Source of the DNA: Malacoraja senta
Lineage: Eukaryota
Direction of reading: 5' to 3'
Length of the DNA: 42,325 nt
Assembly (NCBI GenBank): GCA_038087875.1
Contig: JAXLNO010000223.1
Location: forward strand, 1-42,325
The notes beneath the pieces were generated by a model, which was not told the origin of the DNA, made no database searches, and saw only the letters and a program-made list of their open reading frames with translations. The position numbers were made by a program, and so were the translations under genes. Of the stretch, positions 11,338-22,961 are shown one piece after another (position 1 is the first letter of the stretch; each line of letters opens with the position of its first letter).

Positions 11338-12038
11338 TGTTATGCACCACATGTTGTCGGGTACAACAGCAACAACTTTAAGTGTACACCTTTGGCTGTT
11401 AAATATTGCAGGACAGGAGCTAAATAAAATGTTTTTGCTTTGTGAAAAGAACAAAACAGAGAGCGCCGTTGCTGCAACTATCCAGCAGGCAAGGGCGAGC
11501 CTGCGGAGAGTATGTAGGCACCTTGCCAACTGCCCCAAGGTTATCCTGGGGTTCCTACAAACATCTCCCACATCTCACACAATGATGCACAGAATCTGTC
11601 ACGAAACACACAGCGGCGTGAAATAAAAATGTTCGTTAAAGTATGAAAATATTGGAGGGGAGGGGTGTGGTTTATTTGGGTGGGGCTGTTACAACCGGCC
11701 CAACATTTGATTGAACCTTCAGGACTGCAGCCAAACACATTTGTAACCCTAAGCAGATGAGTTCATGTCCCAGATATGGATCCTATGCCAATACTATTCC
11801 AAATTCTTTTGAAGTCCATTGGAATGGAGCTACTGCTAAATTTAACATCTACCTCAGTTCAAAAATGTAAACGATGATGTTTGAAATATCAATAGAGTGT
11901 GCTCTATCATGTCCCTGTTGTGACTAGTTTGACAGCCTACTGACACTCGATGAACTGCACGCTCCCTGTTTACCTGTGACAGGAAGAATTGTTATATGTT
12001 TGGAGTGGATCACAAAGGAAACCTTCATTGGTTCAGCT
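11338..12038 (-). repeat. Right arm (outer part) of inverted duplication
   Basis: Reverse complement of 4785-5497. Confidence 0.95.
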
Positions 12039-12355
12039 ATAAGACGTTGGTGAAACTACACTTAAGGTACGAAGGACAATTCTGATCGTTCTAACACAGA
12101 ATGGATATCATTAAACTGGGAAGGATACAAAAAAAACTGCTGGGGATGTTCCCCGGGACGGGAGGATTTGAGGGGTTGGGACTCTTTTCCCTGGAGTGCC
12201 GGAGCTGAGGGGTGACCTGATAGAGGCTTTTAAAATCACAAGAGGCGTGGATAAGGTGTGTGGCCACAGTCTTTTCCCCAGGGTAGTGGGATTTAAAACT
12301 AGAGTACATAGGCATAATGTGAGAGGGGAGAGTTTTAAGGCAGGGACTACGGGCA
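12039..12355 (+). mobile_element. Old CR1 ORF2 3' fragment
   Basis: ATAAGACGTTGGTG...GAGGGGTGACCTGATAGAGG, degenerate. Confidence 0.75.
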
Positions 12356-12371
12356 GAATTTGCCATCTCTG

Positions 12372-12657
12372 AGTTTAGTTAAGTTTAGAGATACACCGCA
12401 GAAACAGGCCCTTTGGGCAACCGAGTCCGCACCGACCATCGATATCCACACATTAACACTAGGGGCAATTTTACATCTATACCAAGCCAATTAATCTACA
12501 AACCTGTCCATCTTTGGAGTGTGGGAGGAATGAAAATCTCGGAGAAAACCCACTGGGAGAATGTACAAACTCCATACAGACAGCACCCGTAGTCAGGATC
12601 GAACCCTGGTCTCTGGCACTGTAAGGCAGTAGCTCTACTGCTGTGCCACCGTGCAGC
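12372..12657 (-). mobile_element. HE1-like SINE
   Basis: GGATCGAACC (B box on the reverse strand) and (GTTTA)n tail. Confidence 0.88.
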
Positions 12658-12791
12658 TCAGTTGATATTTTACGAATTGTTATTATAATAGGAGTATTTA
12701 TGTGGCTGATTCAGTTCTGGTTAACAACCATCTCCAGCATGTTGCTTGTGGATCTCACAAGGGTAATGGCATTGAATGTAAAGTAAAGTTA

Positions 12792-13177
12792 AGCCCCTGT
12801 CCCACAGGAGACCTAAACAGCAACCTCTGGTGACCTTGCCCGCCACCCAAGGTTTCCATGAGGTCACCGGAGGTTTTGGTCACTCTCCCTAAAGGTCGAA
12901 AGTGGTTTCCGCGTGGTCGAGGCTTCATCTAATTGCTCCTATTTTTTCATCATGATTAAAACCAGCCTCGACTAAAAATAGGTTGCTGTTTTAAAAATCG
13001 ATAATTTTTTAGTCGCAGGTCTAGTCGAAGCCGGGTTTCTTCATAGTTGAGGAAGGTTTTCAACATATGCGTGGGAGGTGGTAGGAGGTTACAGGTCACC
13101 TCGACCTTGATTTTTTTTGGGTGGTGGGCAAGGTCGCTAGAAGTTGCTGTTTAGGTCTCCCAAGTGGGACAGGGGCT
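12792..13177. mobile_element. PIF/Harbinger-type MITE
   Basis: TIR AGCCCCTGTCCCAC / GTGGGACAGGGGCT, TTA on both sides, long imperfect internal palindrome. Confidence 0.88.
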
Positions 13178-13221
13178 TTAGTTTGACCTTCCAAAGCACC
13201 AGCCACTTTACTGCCATAAAC

Positions 13222-13543
13222 GTTTAGCTTAGTTTAGTTTAGTTTAGAGATACAGGCCCTTCAGCCCAACAAGTCCATATCGACCAGCAATCGCCCCGTA
13301 CATTAGCTCCATCCCACACACTAGGGACAATTTGCAGGTGACAAATTTTACAAAGCTCTTACAAAGCTTTACAAACCTACAAATCCGCAGGTCTTTGGAA
13401 TATGGGACGAAACCGGAGCTCCTGGAGAAAACTTGTGCGGCCACTGGGAGAATGGACAAACACCGTACAGATAGCACCCATAGTCAGGATCGTACCCTAG
13501 CCTCTGGCGCTGTAAGACAGCAACTCTACCGTTGCGCCACCAT
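13222..13543 (-). mobile_element. HE1-like SINE
   Basis: (GTTTA)n tail, core, and A/B boxes on the reverse strand. Confidence 0.88.
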
Positions 13544-13822
13544 AGGTAAGGTTGTTGTCACTTACCTGCCCAAGGCTGAAAATTGCCACACGCGACAGAA
13601 GTGTGTTATGAACAAAGTATAAAAGATTCTGTAGAGGAGATTGAGAGTAACTATTTCCCTCGGTGGAAGATCCTGAAGGAGGAGCCATAAACAAATTAAT
13701 GCCAGACCTGGTAGAAGCAAAATCGCACAATTCTCTCCTTAGGCTGAGGAAGTCAAGCGTCGTGAGGCTTTCATCAATGGGACTGATGTATTTTTGTTCT
13801 GTATCTTTGGAGGGAAATTGAG

Positions 13823-14376
13823 CTAATCTGAGGAAAGACATTCTTGCCATAGAGGGAGTACAGAGAAGGTTCACCAGACCGATTCCTGGGATGTCAGGAC
13901 TTTCATATGAAGAAAGACTGGATAGACTCGGCTTGTACTCGCTAGAATTTAGAAGATTGAGGGGGGATCTCATAGAAACTTACAAAATTCTTAAGGGGTT
14001 GGACAGGCTAGATGCAGGAAGATTGTTCCCGATGTTGGGGAAGTCCAGAACAAGGGGTCACAGTTTAAGGATAAGGGGGAAGTCTTTAAGACCGAGATGA
14101 GAAAAACATTTTTCACACAGAGAGTGGTGAATCTCTGGAATTCTCTGCCACAGAAGGTAGTTGAGGCCAGTTCATTGGCTATATTTAAGAGGGAGTTAGA
14201 TGTGGCCCTTGTGGCTAAAGGGATCAGGGGGTATGGAGAGAAGGCAGGCACGGGATACTGAGTTGGATGATCAGCCATGAGCATATTGAATGGCGGTGCA
14301 GGCTCGAAGGGCCGAATGGCCTACTCCTGCACTTATTTTCTATGTTTCTATGTTTCTTTGTTTCTATGTTTCTATG
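13823..14376 (+). mobile_element. CR1 3' fragment, same young subfamily as 8251-11337
   Basis: Near-identical to 10828-11337, with a (TTTCTATG)n tail. Confidence 0.95.
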
Positions 14377-14724
14377 TAAATGGGAATGTGATATTGATTA
14401 AACTGATCTTCAGGAGCTGAATGGACTTCTCCTGCATTTCCGTGTCATTGTCTGCATTCATTTCTGTAAAGTGCATCAGTGCATCAGTGCATCAGTGCAA
14501 CAAAGGTGGTGCCCCCATCACTTTTAGTACAAACAGTTGAACACAAAAACTAGAGGGTTAGAACTACCACTGGCCAATATAGAGTACAGACATCAATGCA
14601 TTTCCAGCAGACACCTCTCTCTACTCCCTTGGTGGTGGCATTGGCTCATTGATGCTGCCGTTAAATGAGCGGGGAGTTTGGTACATGGGTCAAAGCATCA
14701 GACATGAGCTTTGACCATCTGGTT

Positions 14725-14882
14725 ATAGACACAAAATGCTGGAGTAACTCAGCGGGACAGGGAGCGCCACTGGAGAGAAGGAATGGGTGATGTTTTGAGT
14801 CGAGACCCTTCTTCAGACCCTTACTCCAGCATTTTGTGTCTATCTTTGGTGTAAACCAGCATCTGCACTTTCTTCCTACACA
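14725..14882. mobile_element. Penelope-like repeats, inverted pair
   Basis: ATAGACACAAAATGCTGGAGTAA...TTACTCCAGCATTTTGTGTCTAT. Confidence 0.85.
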
Positions 14883-15580
14883 GTATTGTGGTTATGTTAC
14901 TGAACTGGTCATTCAGAAGCCCAGAGTGAGGTCAGGAGACAAAGCCAGCATCCCTCCCTGGCAGCCAGGCTTTTCATTCCATTAATCAAAAGCTAATACA
15001 GATAACCCTCATATTATGGACCATGGGGGGGTGGGGGGGGGGCGTGGGGGGGGGGGGGGGGGGTTGGTGATGGTGTCCATTATTGCAGATTTTCCGCTAT
15101 AACCGAGTAAGTGGTTTGCTCCAGCCACCTTTCCATGAAACTACAAGTTGTTTTCAAATGTAAAGTTATTTTTAACAGGTAAAAATGTATTTTTGTTACT
15201 GGAAGCTAAAAATACTAAAGGCTGTCTGTTACGTTGTTTAATAGAGTATTATTGCACATGTGTTGATTGAGGCAATTGCTTGTCAATTTCAGTGACCTTG
15301 CGCAGTGTAACTAGCAGCCTGTGTTCTTAAAGAGACAGTGGTGTCTGATTGCTGTGGGGGACCTTCCGTCCACTATAACCAAAATCAGTTATAAAGAGGT
15401 CATAGTCGTAGAGGCATACAGCGGGGAAATAAGCACTTTGGCCCAATTTGCCCACACCGATCTTATGCCCCATCTGCTCCCACCTAGTCCCATCTAGTCC
15501 CACCTGCCTACATTTGGTTCATATCCCTCTAAACCTGTCCATGTGCCTGTCCAAATGTTTCTTAAACATTGCAATACTAA

Positions 15581-16236
15581 CCACCGGGTGGCGCCAGCAA
15601 TGGCTACCTCGCCAACAGTCTGTCTCGTACCTTCCTTCTTTGTTGTTATTTTAGTATGTGTTAAATGTATGTTTTAGTGTTCTTTAGCTTGTTTTATGTT
15701 GGGGGGTGGGGGAAAGGGAGGTTGGGGGAAAACTTTTTTTAATCTCTTACCTCGACAGAGATGTGATTTTTTTCCCCGTATCGTATCTCCGTCCACACTG
15801 CGGCCTAACATCGTGGAGTCTGCTGGAGACCGACATCGGGAGCTCCGACCGCGGGAGCCTGCGGACTTAACATCATGGAGCTGGCGGTCCCTGTCGGAGA
15901 TCGACCTTGGAGCTCCAACCGCTGAACCTGCAGACTTTAACATCGTCGGCCCCTGGTTAGGGACCGACTTCGGGAGCTCCAGACTCCAGAAGCTTCGATC
16001 GCCCCGATCTCAGGAGCTTCGATCGTCCCGACGCGGGAGAATAAGAGGAAGAAGGTTAGACTTTATTGCCTTCCATCACAGTGAGGAACGTGGGGAATCC
16101 ACTGTGGTGGATGTTTATGTTAATTTTAATGTGTGTCTTGTTGCTTTTTTTTAGTATGACTGTATGGTAATTCGCATATCTCTGTACCTTAATTGGTACA
16201 CGTGACAATAAACAGTCCTTTGAAACCTTTGAACCT
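15581..16236 (+). mobile_element. Non-autonomous GC-rich element, copy B
   Basis: Head GGCGCCAGCAATGGCTACCTCGCCAACAGTCTGTC; hairpin 16073-16110; TGTACCTTAATTGGTACA-CGTGACAATAAA; tail of CTTTGAA(A)C repeats. Confidence 0.78.
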
Positions 16237-16663
16237 GTGAGTATGTGCCTCAACTACCTCCTCTGGCACCTTGTTCCATACACACATTCCCTTTGTGTAA
16301 AAAAAAGGTGCCCCTCAGGTTCCTATTTTCCCCCCTCACCTTAAACCTATGTCCTCTGGTTCTCGATTCCCCTACTCTGGGCAAGAGACTCAGTGCATTT
16401 GACTGATCTAATCCTCTCCTGATTGTATACACCTCTATAAGATCACCCCTCATCCTCCTACCCTCATAGCCTGCTCAACCTCTCCCTATAGCTCAGGCCC
16501 TCGAGTCCCGACAACATCCTCGTAAATCTTCTTTGCATCCTTTCCAGCCTGACATCTTTCTTATAACATGGTGACCAAAACTGAACACAATGCTCTAAAT
16601 GTGGCCTCGCCAACATCTTGATTAACTGCAACATGCATTGCCTCCCAACTTCTCTACCCAATA

Positions 16664-16801
16664 TGTTTAAGAAGGAACTGCAGATGCTGGAAAATCGAAG
16701 GTAGACAAAAATGCTGGAGAAGCTCAGCGGGTGCGGCAGCATCTATGGAGCGAAGGAAATAGGCAACGTTTCGGGCCGAAACCCTTCTTCAGACCCAGAC
16801 C
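16664..16801 (-). mobile_element. Solo Penelope-like repeat with 12-bp TSD
   Basis: CTCTACCCAATA at 16652-16663 and 16802-16813. Confidence 0.9.
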
Positions 16802-17456
16802 CTCTACCCAATACCCTGACTGATGAAGGCCAATGTGGCAAAAGCTTTTTTGACAACCCTATTTACCTACCTGTGACGCCACTTTTAAGGAACTATGAGT
16901 TCATAATAACAAAGGTAGACTGTATCAATATTGGTGAGCATGAAAGAGTCAGACTGTTATTTAAAACCAACTAGATAACATGTGGCTTGTCGGGCAGGAA
17001 TTCTACTGGTCTACAAAGTGGTTGACTTTTAATTGTCCTCAGAACTTCCTCAGTTCAGGGTGACTCAGAATGAAGCATAAATGCCAGCCTTGCCAACAAT
17101 GTCCACAATAATTAAAAAATCACAAACATCAGAGCACTGCCATTTAACTTTGATGGAGATTGAAAACAATGATTAAAAAATAATGATTTTTTTTTAAACG
17201 CACCGCTTCAACATTAATTTCATAAATAGAAATGGAGGTTGTTTTATATTAAGTTGAAACATGTGTTTTCAAATTCAATAAAGTCTATCTGCCATCTTCA
17301 CTCTCTTCTCATTAGACCTCTCATCAAACTGGAGTCGGGGCAACATAACATCAAAGAATTTGTTTAAGAAGGAACTGCAGATGCTGGAAAATCGAAGGTA
17401 GACAAAAGTGCTGGAGAAACTCAGCAGGTGCAGCAGCATCTATGGAGCGAAGGAAA

Positions 17457-17494
17457 TAGGCAACGTTTCGGGCCGAAACCCTTCTTCAGACTGA
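17457..17494 (-). ncRNA. Minimal type I hammerhead ribozyme motif
   Basis: CUGAAGA-A-GGGU(UUCG)GCCC-GAAACGUU, with palindromic ACGU in place of stem III. Confidence 0.7.
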
Positions 17495-17598
17495 TGGGGG
17501 GTGGGGAGAAGAAAGGAAAAAGGCGGAGGAGGAGCCCGAGGGCTGAGGGATGGGAGGAGACAGCCCAGGGGCTGAGGAAGGGGAGGAGACAGCAAGGG

Positions 17599-18165
17599 CT
17601 AACAAAAATGGGAGAATTCAATGTTCATGCCCCCAGGATGCAGACTCCCCAAGCGGAATATGAGGTGCTTTTCCTCCAATTTCCGGTGTTGCTCGCTCTG
17701 GCCATGGAGGAGACCCAGGACAGAGAGGTCAGATACGGAATGGGAGGGGGGAGTTGAAGTGCTGAGCCACCGGGAGGTCAGGTTGGTTATTGCGGACCGA
17801 GCGGAGGTGTTCGGCGAAACGATCGCCAAGCCTCCGCTTGGTCTCACCGGTGTAGATCAGCTGACATCTAGAGCAGCGGATGCAATAGATGAGGTTGGAG
17901 GAGATGCAGGTGAACCTCTGTCGCACCTGGAACGACTGCTTGGGTCCTTGAATGGAGTCGAGGGGAGGAGGTGAAGGGACAAGTGTTGCATCTCCTGCGG
18001 TTGGAAGGGAAAGTACCAGGGGAGGGGGTGGTCCGGGAGGGAAGGGAAGAATTGACAAGGGATTTATGGACGGAGCGGTCTTTGCGGAAGGCAGACATGG
18101 GGGGGTGGGGAGATGGGAAGATGTGGCGAGTGGTGGGGTCATGTTGGAGGTGGCGAAACTGAGGA
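17599..18165 (-). pseudogene. GIY-YIG endonuclease and Cys-containing linker of a Penelope-like element, two frameshifts
   Basis: RRRCNTCPF; FTCISSNLIYCIRCSRCQLIYTGETKRRLGDRFAEH; PVAQHFN; RKLEEKHLIFRLGSLHPGGMN. Confidence 0.92.
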
Positions 18166-18184
18166 GAATTACTTGTTACATCAA

Positions 18185-18920
18185 AGAACATGGAACATCG
18201 AACAGGCCAGTAAAATAACAGGTTCGTCGGCCTATAATGTTCATACCAAACATGATGCCGTTAAACAAATCTCCTCTGCCCCCATATCCCTCCATTCCCT
18301 GCATATCCATGTCCCTATCTCAAAGCCTCTTAAATGCCACTATCGTATCTGTTTCCACCACCACCCCTGGCAGCACGTTCCGGGCACCTATTCTTTTTTA
18401 AACTTGCCCCGCCACATCTCCTTTAAACTTTCCCTCTCTGACCTTGAAGCTAAGCCCTCTAATCTTTGCCATTCCCCCCCCCCCCCCCGAGGATGAAGGT
18501 TCTAACTGTCTACCCTTTCTCTGCCTCCCATAATTTTTATCTCCCCTCAACCTATGAAGCTCCAGAGAAAACAATCCAAGTTTGTCCAAAAGTTGAGTTT
18601 GAAGAAGGGTCCCAACCCAAAAGGTCACCCATCCTTTTTCACCAGAGATGCTGCCTGACCCACTGAGTTACTCCAGCACTCTGTGTCTATCCAAGTTTGT
18701 CCAACCTCCTCTTATCGCCAATACCCTCTAATGCAGGCAGTATTGTGGTAACCCTCCTGCACCCTCTCCACATCCCACCTTTAATGGAATGACCAGAACT
18801 GTACACAATACTCCAAATGCGGCCAATCTGAAATGTTATAAACCTGCAACAAGACCTGGTCACTCTAATACACAATGCCACTGCCGATGAGGACAAGCAT
18901 AGCATATGCCACCTTTACCT
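18185..18920 (-). mobile_element. Old CR1 3' fragment
   Basis: LDKLGLFSLELHRLRGD and degenerate 3' UTR. Confidence 0.8.
18590..18688 (+). mobile_element. Solo Penelope-like repeat with 16-bp TSD
   Basis: ATCCAAGTTTGTCCAA at 18574-18589 and 18689-18704. Confidence 0.88.
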
Positions 18921-18998
18921 TCGGACCCAAAGCTCTCCCTGTACACCAATGCTGTTACATTAAGTGTACACAGAGTCAAGGTAAAACCATATGATTAA

Positions 18999-19419
18999 AG
19001 GGCCTGTCCCACTTTCACGACTTAATTCAAAACCTCTGCCGAATTTAAAGGACCTAAAAAAAAAATCAAGATCGTGGTAATCTACGAACTCCTACGACCT
19101 TCCACGACTATGTTCACAAACTCATACGAGTATGTCTACGCATTCCCACCACTATTTCGATGCCTTCCTTACGAGTAAAAAGTTGCAATTTCTTTCATCC
19201 CAACCATTTTTTTACTCGTGGACATTTTTTATCGGGCTGGAAAAAACGTCCCGACTTACCTGATGCCACGAGCACCTACGGCTAGCATAACGGGCCGCTA
19301 CGATATATCTACAAACTCCTACAGCCTCCTACGGTCTTGTTACGAACATTCTGCGAGTTTGAATTAAGGGGAAAACTCGGGAGAATTCGTGAATAACTCG
19401 TGAAAGTGGGACAGGCCCT
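18999..19419. mobile_element. PIF/Harbinger-type MITE
   Basis: Perfect 22-bp TIR AGGGCCTGTCCCACTTTCACGA, with TAA on both sides. Confidence 0.92.
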
Positions 19420-20024
19420 TAAGGCAGAAAGAGCTTCACCTTGCCATTGGATGTGGTCCAACAATGTGGTGACTGATCAGTGGCCTAACATGACTCTGAT
19501 TGTTGGTCCTCTGTTCACTTGTTACTTCTAGGTACCAGGTTTCCCAGCCATGCTTGATCATGTCCCCAAATAACACACGGAGACTGCTTTCAGCCGGATG
19601 CTTGGTTAGCAAGATGTTCTGAGAGTGCGGTTTCCCGGCAAAAACAGCAACTGGTTTATTTTCCCTACTTATGCCGCCATATTTGCGCATTTTGCGTTCA
19701 GCATTGGCAAGGGATTTGAGTGTTGATTCCCTTCAGCTAATGTGGTGTTGTTTCCGCACGGATGTGATCCAAGAAATTCCAACCCACTTTCCACCTTTTG
19801 CAATGCAAGCATTTGCCACGTGTCTAAGCACTTAACAAGCGTGTTAATATTCTCCATCCCAGGAATAAAATGTCACGATCTCTGCAAACACATGCAATTT
19901 ATGATGATACACGATTATGCGCATTGACAGCCAGCTCTACACTCTGTGAGGAAAGAACGTTCAGCCCTGATGGTGGAATAACTTGAACAAAACACAAAAA
20001 CATTTTTTTTTTTAACAGATTTGC

Positions 20025-20320
20025 AAAGTGGTAGAGTTTCTGCCTGACAGCAATAGAGGCCCTGATTCCATCCTGACTACGGGTGTTTGGTTGTACCGAG
20101 TTTGCATGTTCTCCCCGTGACCTGCATGGGTTTTCTCCGATATCTTTCATTTCCTCCCACACTCCAAAGACGTACAGGTTTGCAGGTTAATTGGCTTGGT
20201 ATGAATGTAAAATTGTCCCTAGTGCGTGTAGGATAGAGTTAAAGTGCGGGGATTGTGGTTGGTGCAGACTTTGTCGGCCGAAGGGCCTGTTTCCACGCTG
20301 TATCTCTAAGCTAAACTGAA
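20025..20320 (+). mobile_element. HE1-like SINE
   Basis: Core plus GGCCGAAGGGCCTGTTTCCACGCTGTATCTCTAAGCTAAAC. Confidence 0.85.
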
Positions 20321-20380
20321 AGATTTGGAAGGGTTTCTTCATTCATGGATCATTTGGTTAGTTTGGTTGAACCACACTTT

Positions 20381-20670
20381 TTAGACTTTAGAGATACAGC
20401 ATAGAAATAGGCCCTTCGGCCCATCGGGTCCACGCCAACCAGTGGTCACCCCATACACTAGCGCTATCCTACACACTTGGGACAATTATACTGAAGCCAA
20501 TTAACCTCCAGTCCTGTATGTTTTTGAAGTGTGGGAGGAAACCGGAGCAGCAGGGGAAAACCCACGCGGTCACAGGGAGAACGGACAAACACCGATACAG
20601 ACAGCACCCGTACTCAGGATCGACCCCGGGTCTCTGGCGCTGTAAGGCAGCAACTCTACCGCTGTGCCAA
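20381..20670 (-). mobile_element. HE1-like SINE
   Basis: Full core on the reverse strand. Confidence 0.88.
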
Positions 20671-21895
20671 CCTGCTGCCACAAGGCATCTCACACAGTTA
20701 GAATAAAATTGCAACTAATTAATGCAATGCATATAATCATAGATGAGAATGTCAAGATTAAAATAATGGTCCAGCTATTGAGAACTTTCCATTGCGAACC
20801 CCAAGCAGTTAATGCATCTTACCTGGAAGCCAGATCACAATGTTCCTGAGGTGCATGAGAGTGGATGTTGGTATTTGCGCCTTTGCAGAGTTGTGGGTCA
20901 GGCCAGGAGCTAGAGATGACCCCATCGTGTGTCTTGCCCGGAGGGCAATAACAAGAACCTTGTTAGGTTTCATCAGGAGTTGCAACTCGCAACCAGGGTA
21001 ACGTAAATCACAGTTACAGTGGAATCACGTTATGGATCCTACATTCCAATTGAGACGTCTTTGTGAGATTCTCACACCGTTTTGCTTCGGGAGTCTTGAG
21101 CTGCAGTTACAAAGTCGCACTGTATGGATAGCAGGGAGCATTTGCTGAAGCGTTTATCTATGCAATGTGGATGGGGCAATATTGGGAAGGCAAATGAACA
21201 GGGGGCAGCATCTGATAGCCCCACACTGTCCTGGATGATGAGCTTTCTGAAGCGATTCTCGAGTCCTCTGCCTCAAAGCTCTGGGCTTTCGGCAGGTGTG
21301 GAAGAGCCACAGGTTATGTGTGCAGCATTAGCTTCAACATAGCCCCCTCCATGCAGAGTTCTGATGGAGGCAGAGGAAGCAAGCACACCTCTCTGAACCG
21401 TTGTCCTCCTTGTTCATGCAAAAGAGGTGCAGGGAAAGGGGGGTGAGTAGCAGATGATGTTATCTGCGTTGCATCTGGTTATAAGACCAGTTGTCAGTGA
21501 CCTCTGTACAGATAGTGCATTTCATTGATGCTGCCAGGCAGATAATGTAGGTGCAATATTGTTGCTCCTGATTTCTATTTTACTGCGTTCATTTTGCGCA
21601 CCATGTTCCCTGCATTGATATCTGCCAGTTGGGTGCAGGTCATGGACAATGATAGACAGGAAGTCTCACATAGCAAGGCACAGTGGGCTGAGGGGCCGAT
21701 TATGTTATACCTTGCCAGTCCAACATTATCATTCTCTTTCAACAACAGCCACAAGTTAAGCTCGTGATGCCACTCCTTAGAACCAGCAGGGATTAGAAAT
21801 TAGTACATTATTGGAAGGTTCAAGCCCTCGATAGGTCCTTGTGGTTTGGCACAAGCAGTAGTTGAAGAATTGCACTAGCAGGCTGTGTGTTTCTT

Positions 21896-22022
21896 TGTGT
21901 AGGTAGGAACTGCAGATGCTGGAGTAATTCGAAGATAGACACAAAAAGCTGGAGTAACTCAGCGGGACAGGTAGCATCTCTGGAGAAAATGAATAGGTGA
22001 CATTTTGGGTCGAGACCCTTCT
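21896..22022 (-). mobile_element. Penelope-like terminal repeat fragment
   Basis: GGAACTGCAGATGCTGG...GGGTCGAGACCCTTC. Confidence 0.85.
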
Positions 22023-22116
22023 TTATTGTACAGGTTGAAGATAGATGTCCTGGATGTTGCCTGGGAATGTGATGCTACCAATGCTGATAACCAGGGGCAG
22101 GCCTATGAGGAAAGAA

Positions 22117-22255
22117 AAAAACAAAATTGTATTTATTTAGCGCCTTTTGTACATCGTGGATGTCACAAATCCACCACGCAGCCAATTGATTGCCAGAAAT
22201 GATTGTTATTAACTAGCAAGCAAATACATTTGCCAATTTGCGCACAGCCAGACTG
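22117..22255 (-). mobile_element. DeuSINE/SacSINE1-like 3' remnant
   Basis: TTGTATTTATTTAGCGCCTTT...GCCAATTTGCGCACAGC resembles the L2-derived tail of this family as I recall it. Confidence 0.5.
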
Positions 22256-22424
22256 CACAATTTTGCGCCATTAGTTACGTTGGGAAGCCTGGAATTAATG
22301 CCTTCTTCTCTAGCCATTCCCTTTTCTCTCTTCTAACTTCTGGGGGACGATACAGGAGCTTGAACGCCCGAGCATCCAGACTTAAGAGCTGCTTGTTTCA
22401 CACTGACATCGTACACCAGAACTC

Positions 22425-22728
22425 GGGGTGGCTCGGTGATGCAGCGGTAGCGTTGCTGCCTTACTGCGCCAGAGACCCGGGTTCGATCCTGACTACGGGT
22501 GCTGTCTGTACGGAGTTTGCACGTTCTCCCCGTGAACGCGTGGGTTTTCTCCGGGTGCTCTATTTTCCTCCCACACTCCAGAGACGTACAGATTTGTAGG
22601 CTAATTAACTTCTGTAAATTGACCCTAGTGGGTAGGATAGAACTAGTGTACGGGGTGATCTCTGGTCAGTGTGGATTCAGTGGGCCGAAGGGCCTGTTTC
22701 CATGCTGTATCTCTAAACTAAACTAAAC
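22425..22728 (+). mobile_element. HE1-like SINE
   Basis: GGTTCGATCC B box and (TAAAC)3 tail. Confidence 0.9.
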
Positions 22729-22961
22729 AAATAACCTCCTTCACACCACGTAGACTGAGACTTACCTCTGCTTCATTTGGTGATTCCATCATCGCACTCT
22801 AGTTTTATTTACATTACTTTGTGCCGTAAGGCCTGAGAGCATTGAAATCAGGCAAAACATACAGTGGGACATCGATAACCCTGCAAGGTAGCTCAGGGGC
22901 AAAGACCTTCAGAATACCTTCAGAAACATATCATTTCGGGCTTTGAGCCTTCCATGCTTCT

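Larger units (their letters stand above)
15399..16897 (-). mobile_element. CR1 3' fragment interrupted by two later insertions
   Basis: [34 protein letters not shown]; the 3' UTR continues at 15399-15580. Confidence 0.88.
14999..16922. mobile_element. Tc1/mariner (Tigger-like) MITE split by a CR1 insertion (parts ~14999-15398 and ~16898-16922)
   Basis: TA|CAGATAACCCTCATATTATGGAC ... GTTCATAATAACAAAGGTAGACTG|TA: imperfect TIRs starting CAG, with TA duplication. Confidence 0.6.
17361..18165 (-). mobile_element. Penelope-like element (Neptune-type), 5'-truncated
   Basis: GIY-YIG coding remnant followed by a terminal repeat with a hammerhead core. Confidence 0.92.

Noticed and set aside
4785..12038. 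Large DNA transposon with 700-bp TIRs carrying an RT
   Set aside because: No TSD at the outer ends and no transposase. The symmetry continues inward through a SINE, and the CR1 is a later insertion.
15024..15063. Poly-G run as a functional G-quadruplex
   Set aside because: Homopolymer inside a MITE; nothing indicates function and its length may be a sequencing artefact.
15588..15625. HDV-like ribozyme in the head of the GC-rich family
   Set aside because: Only a GGC-loop-GCC mini-stem is visible; P1, P2 and P4 could not be assigned.
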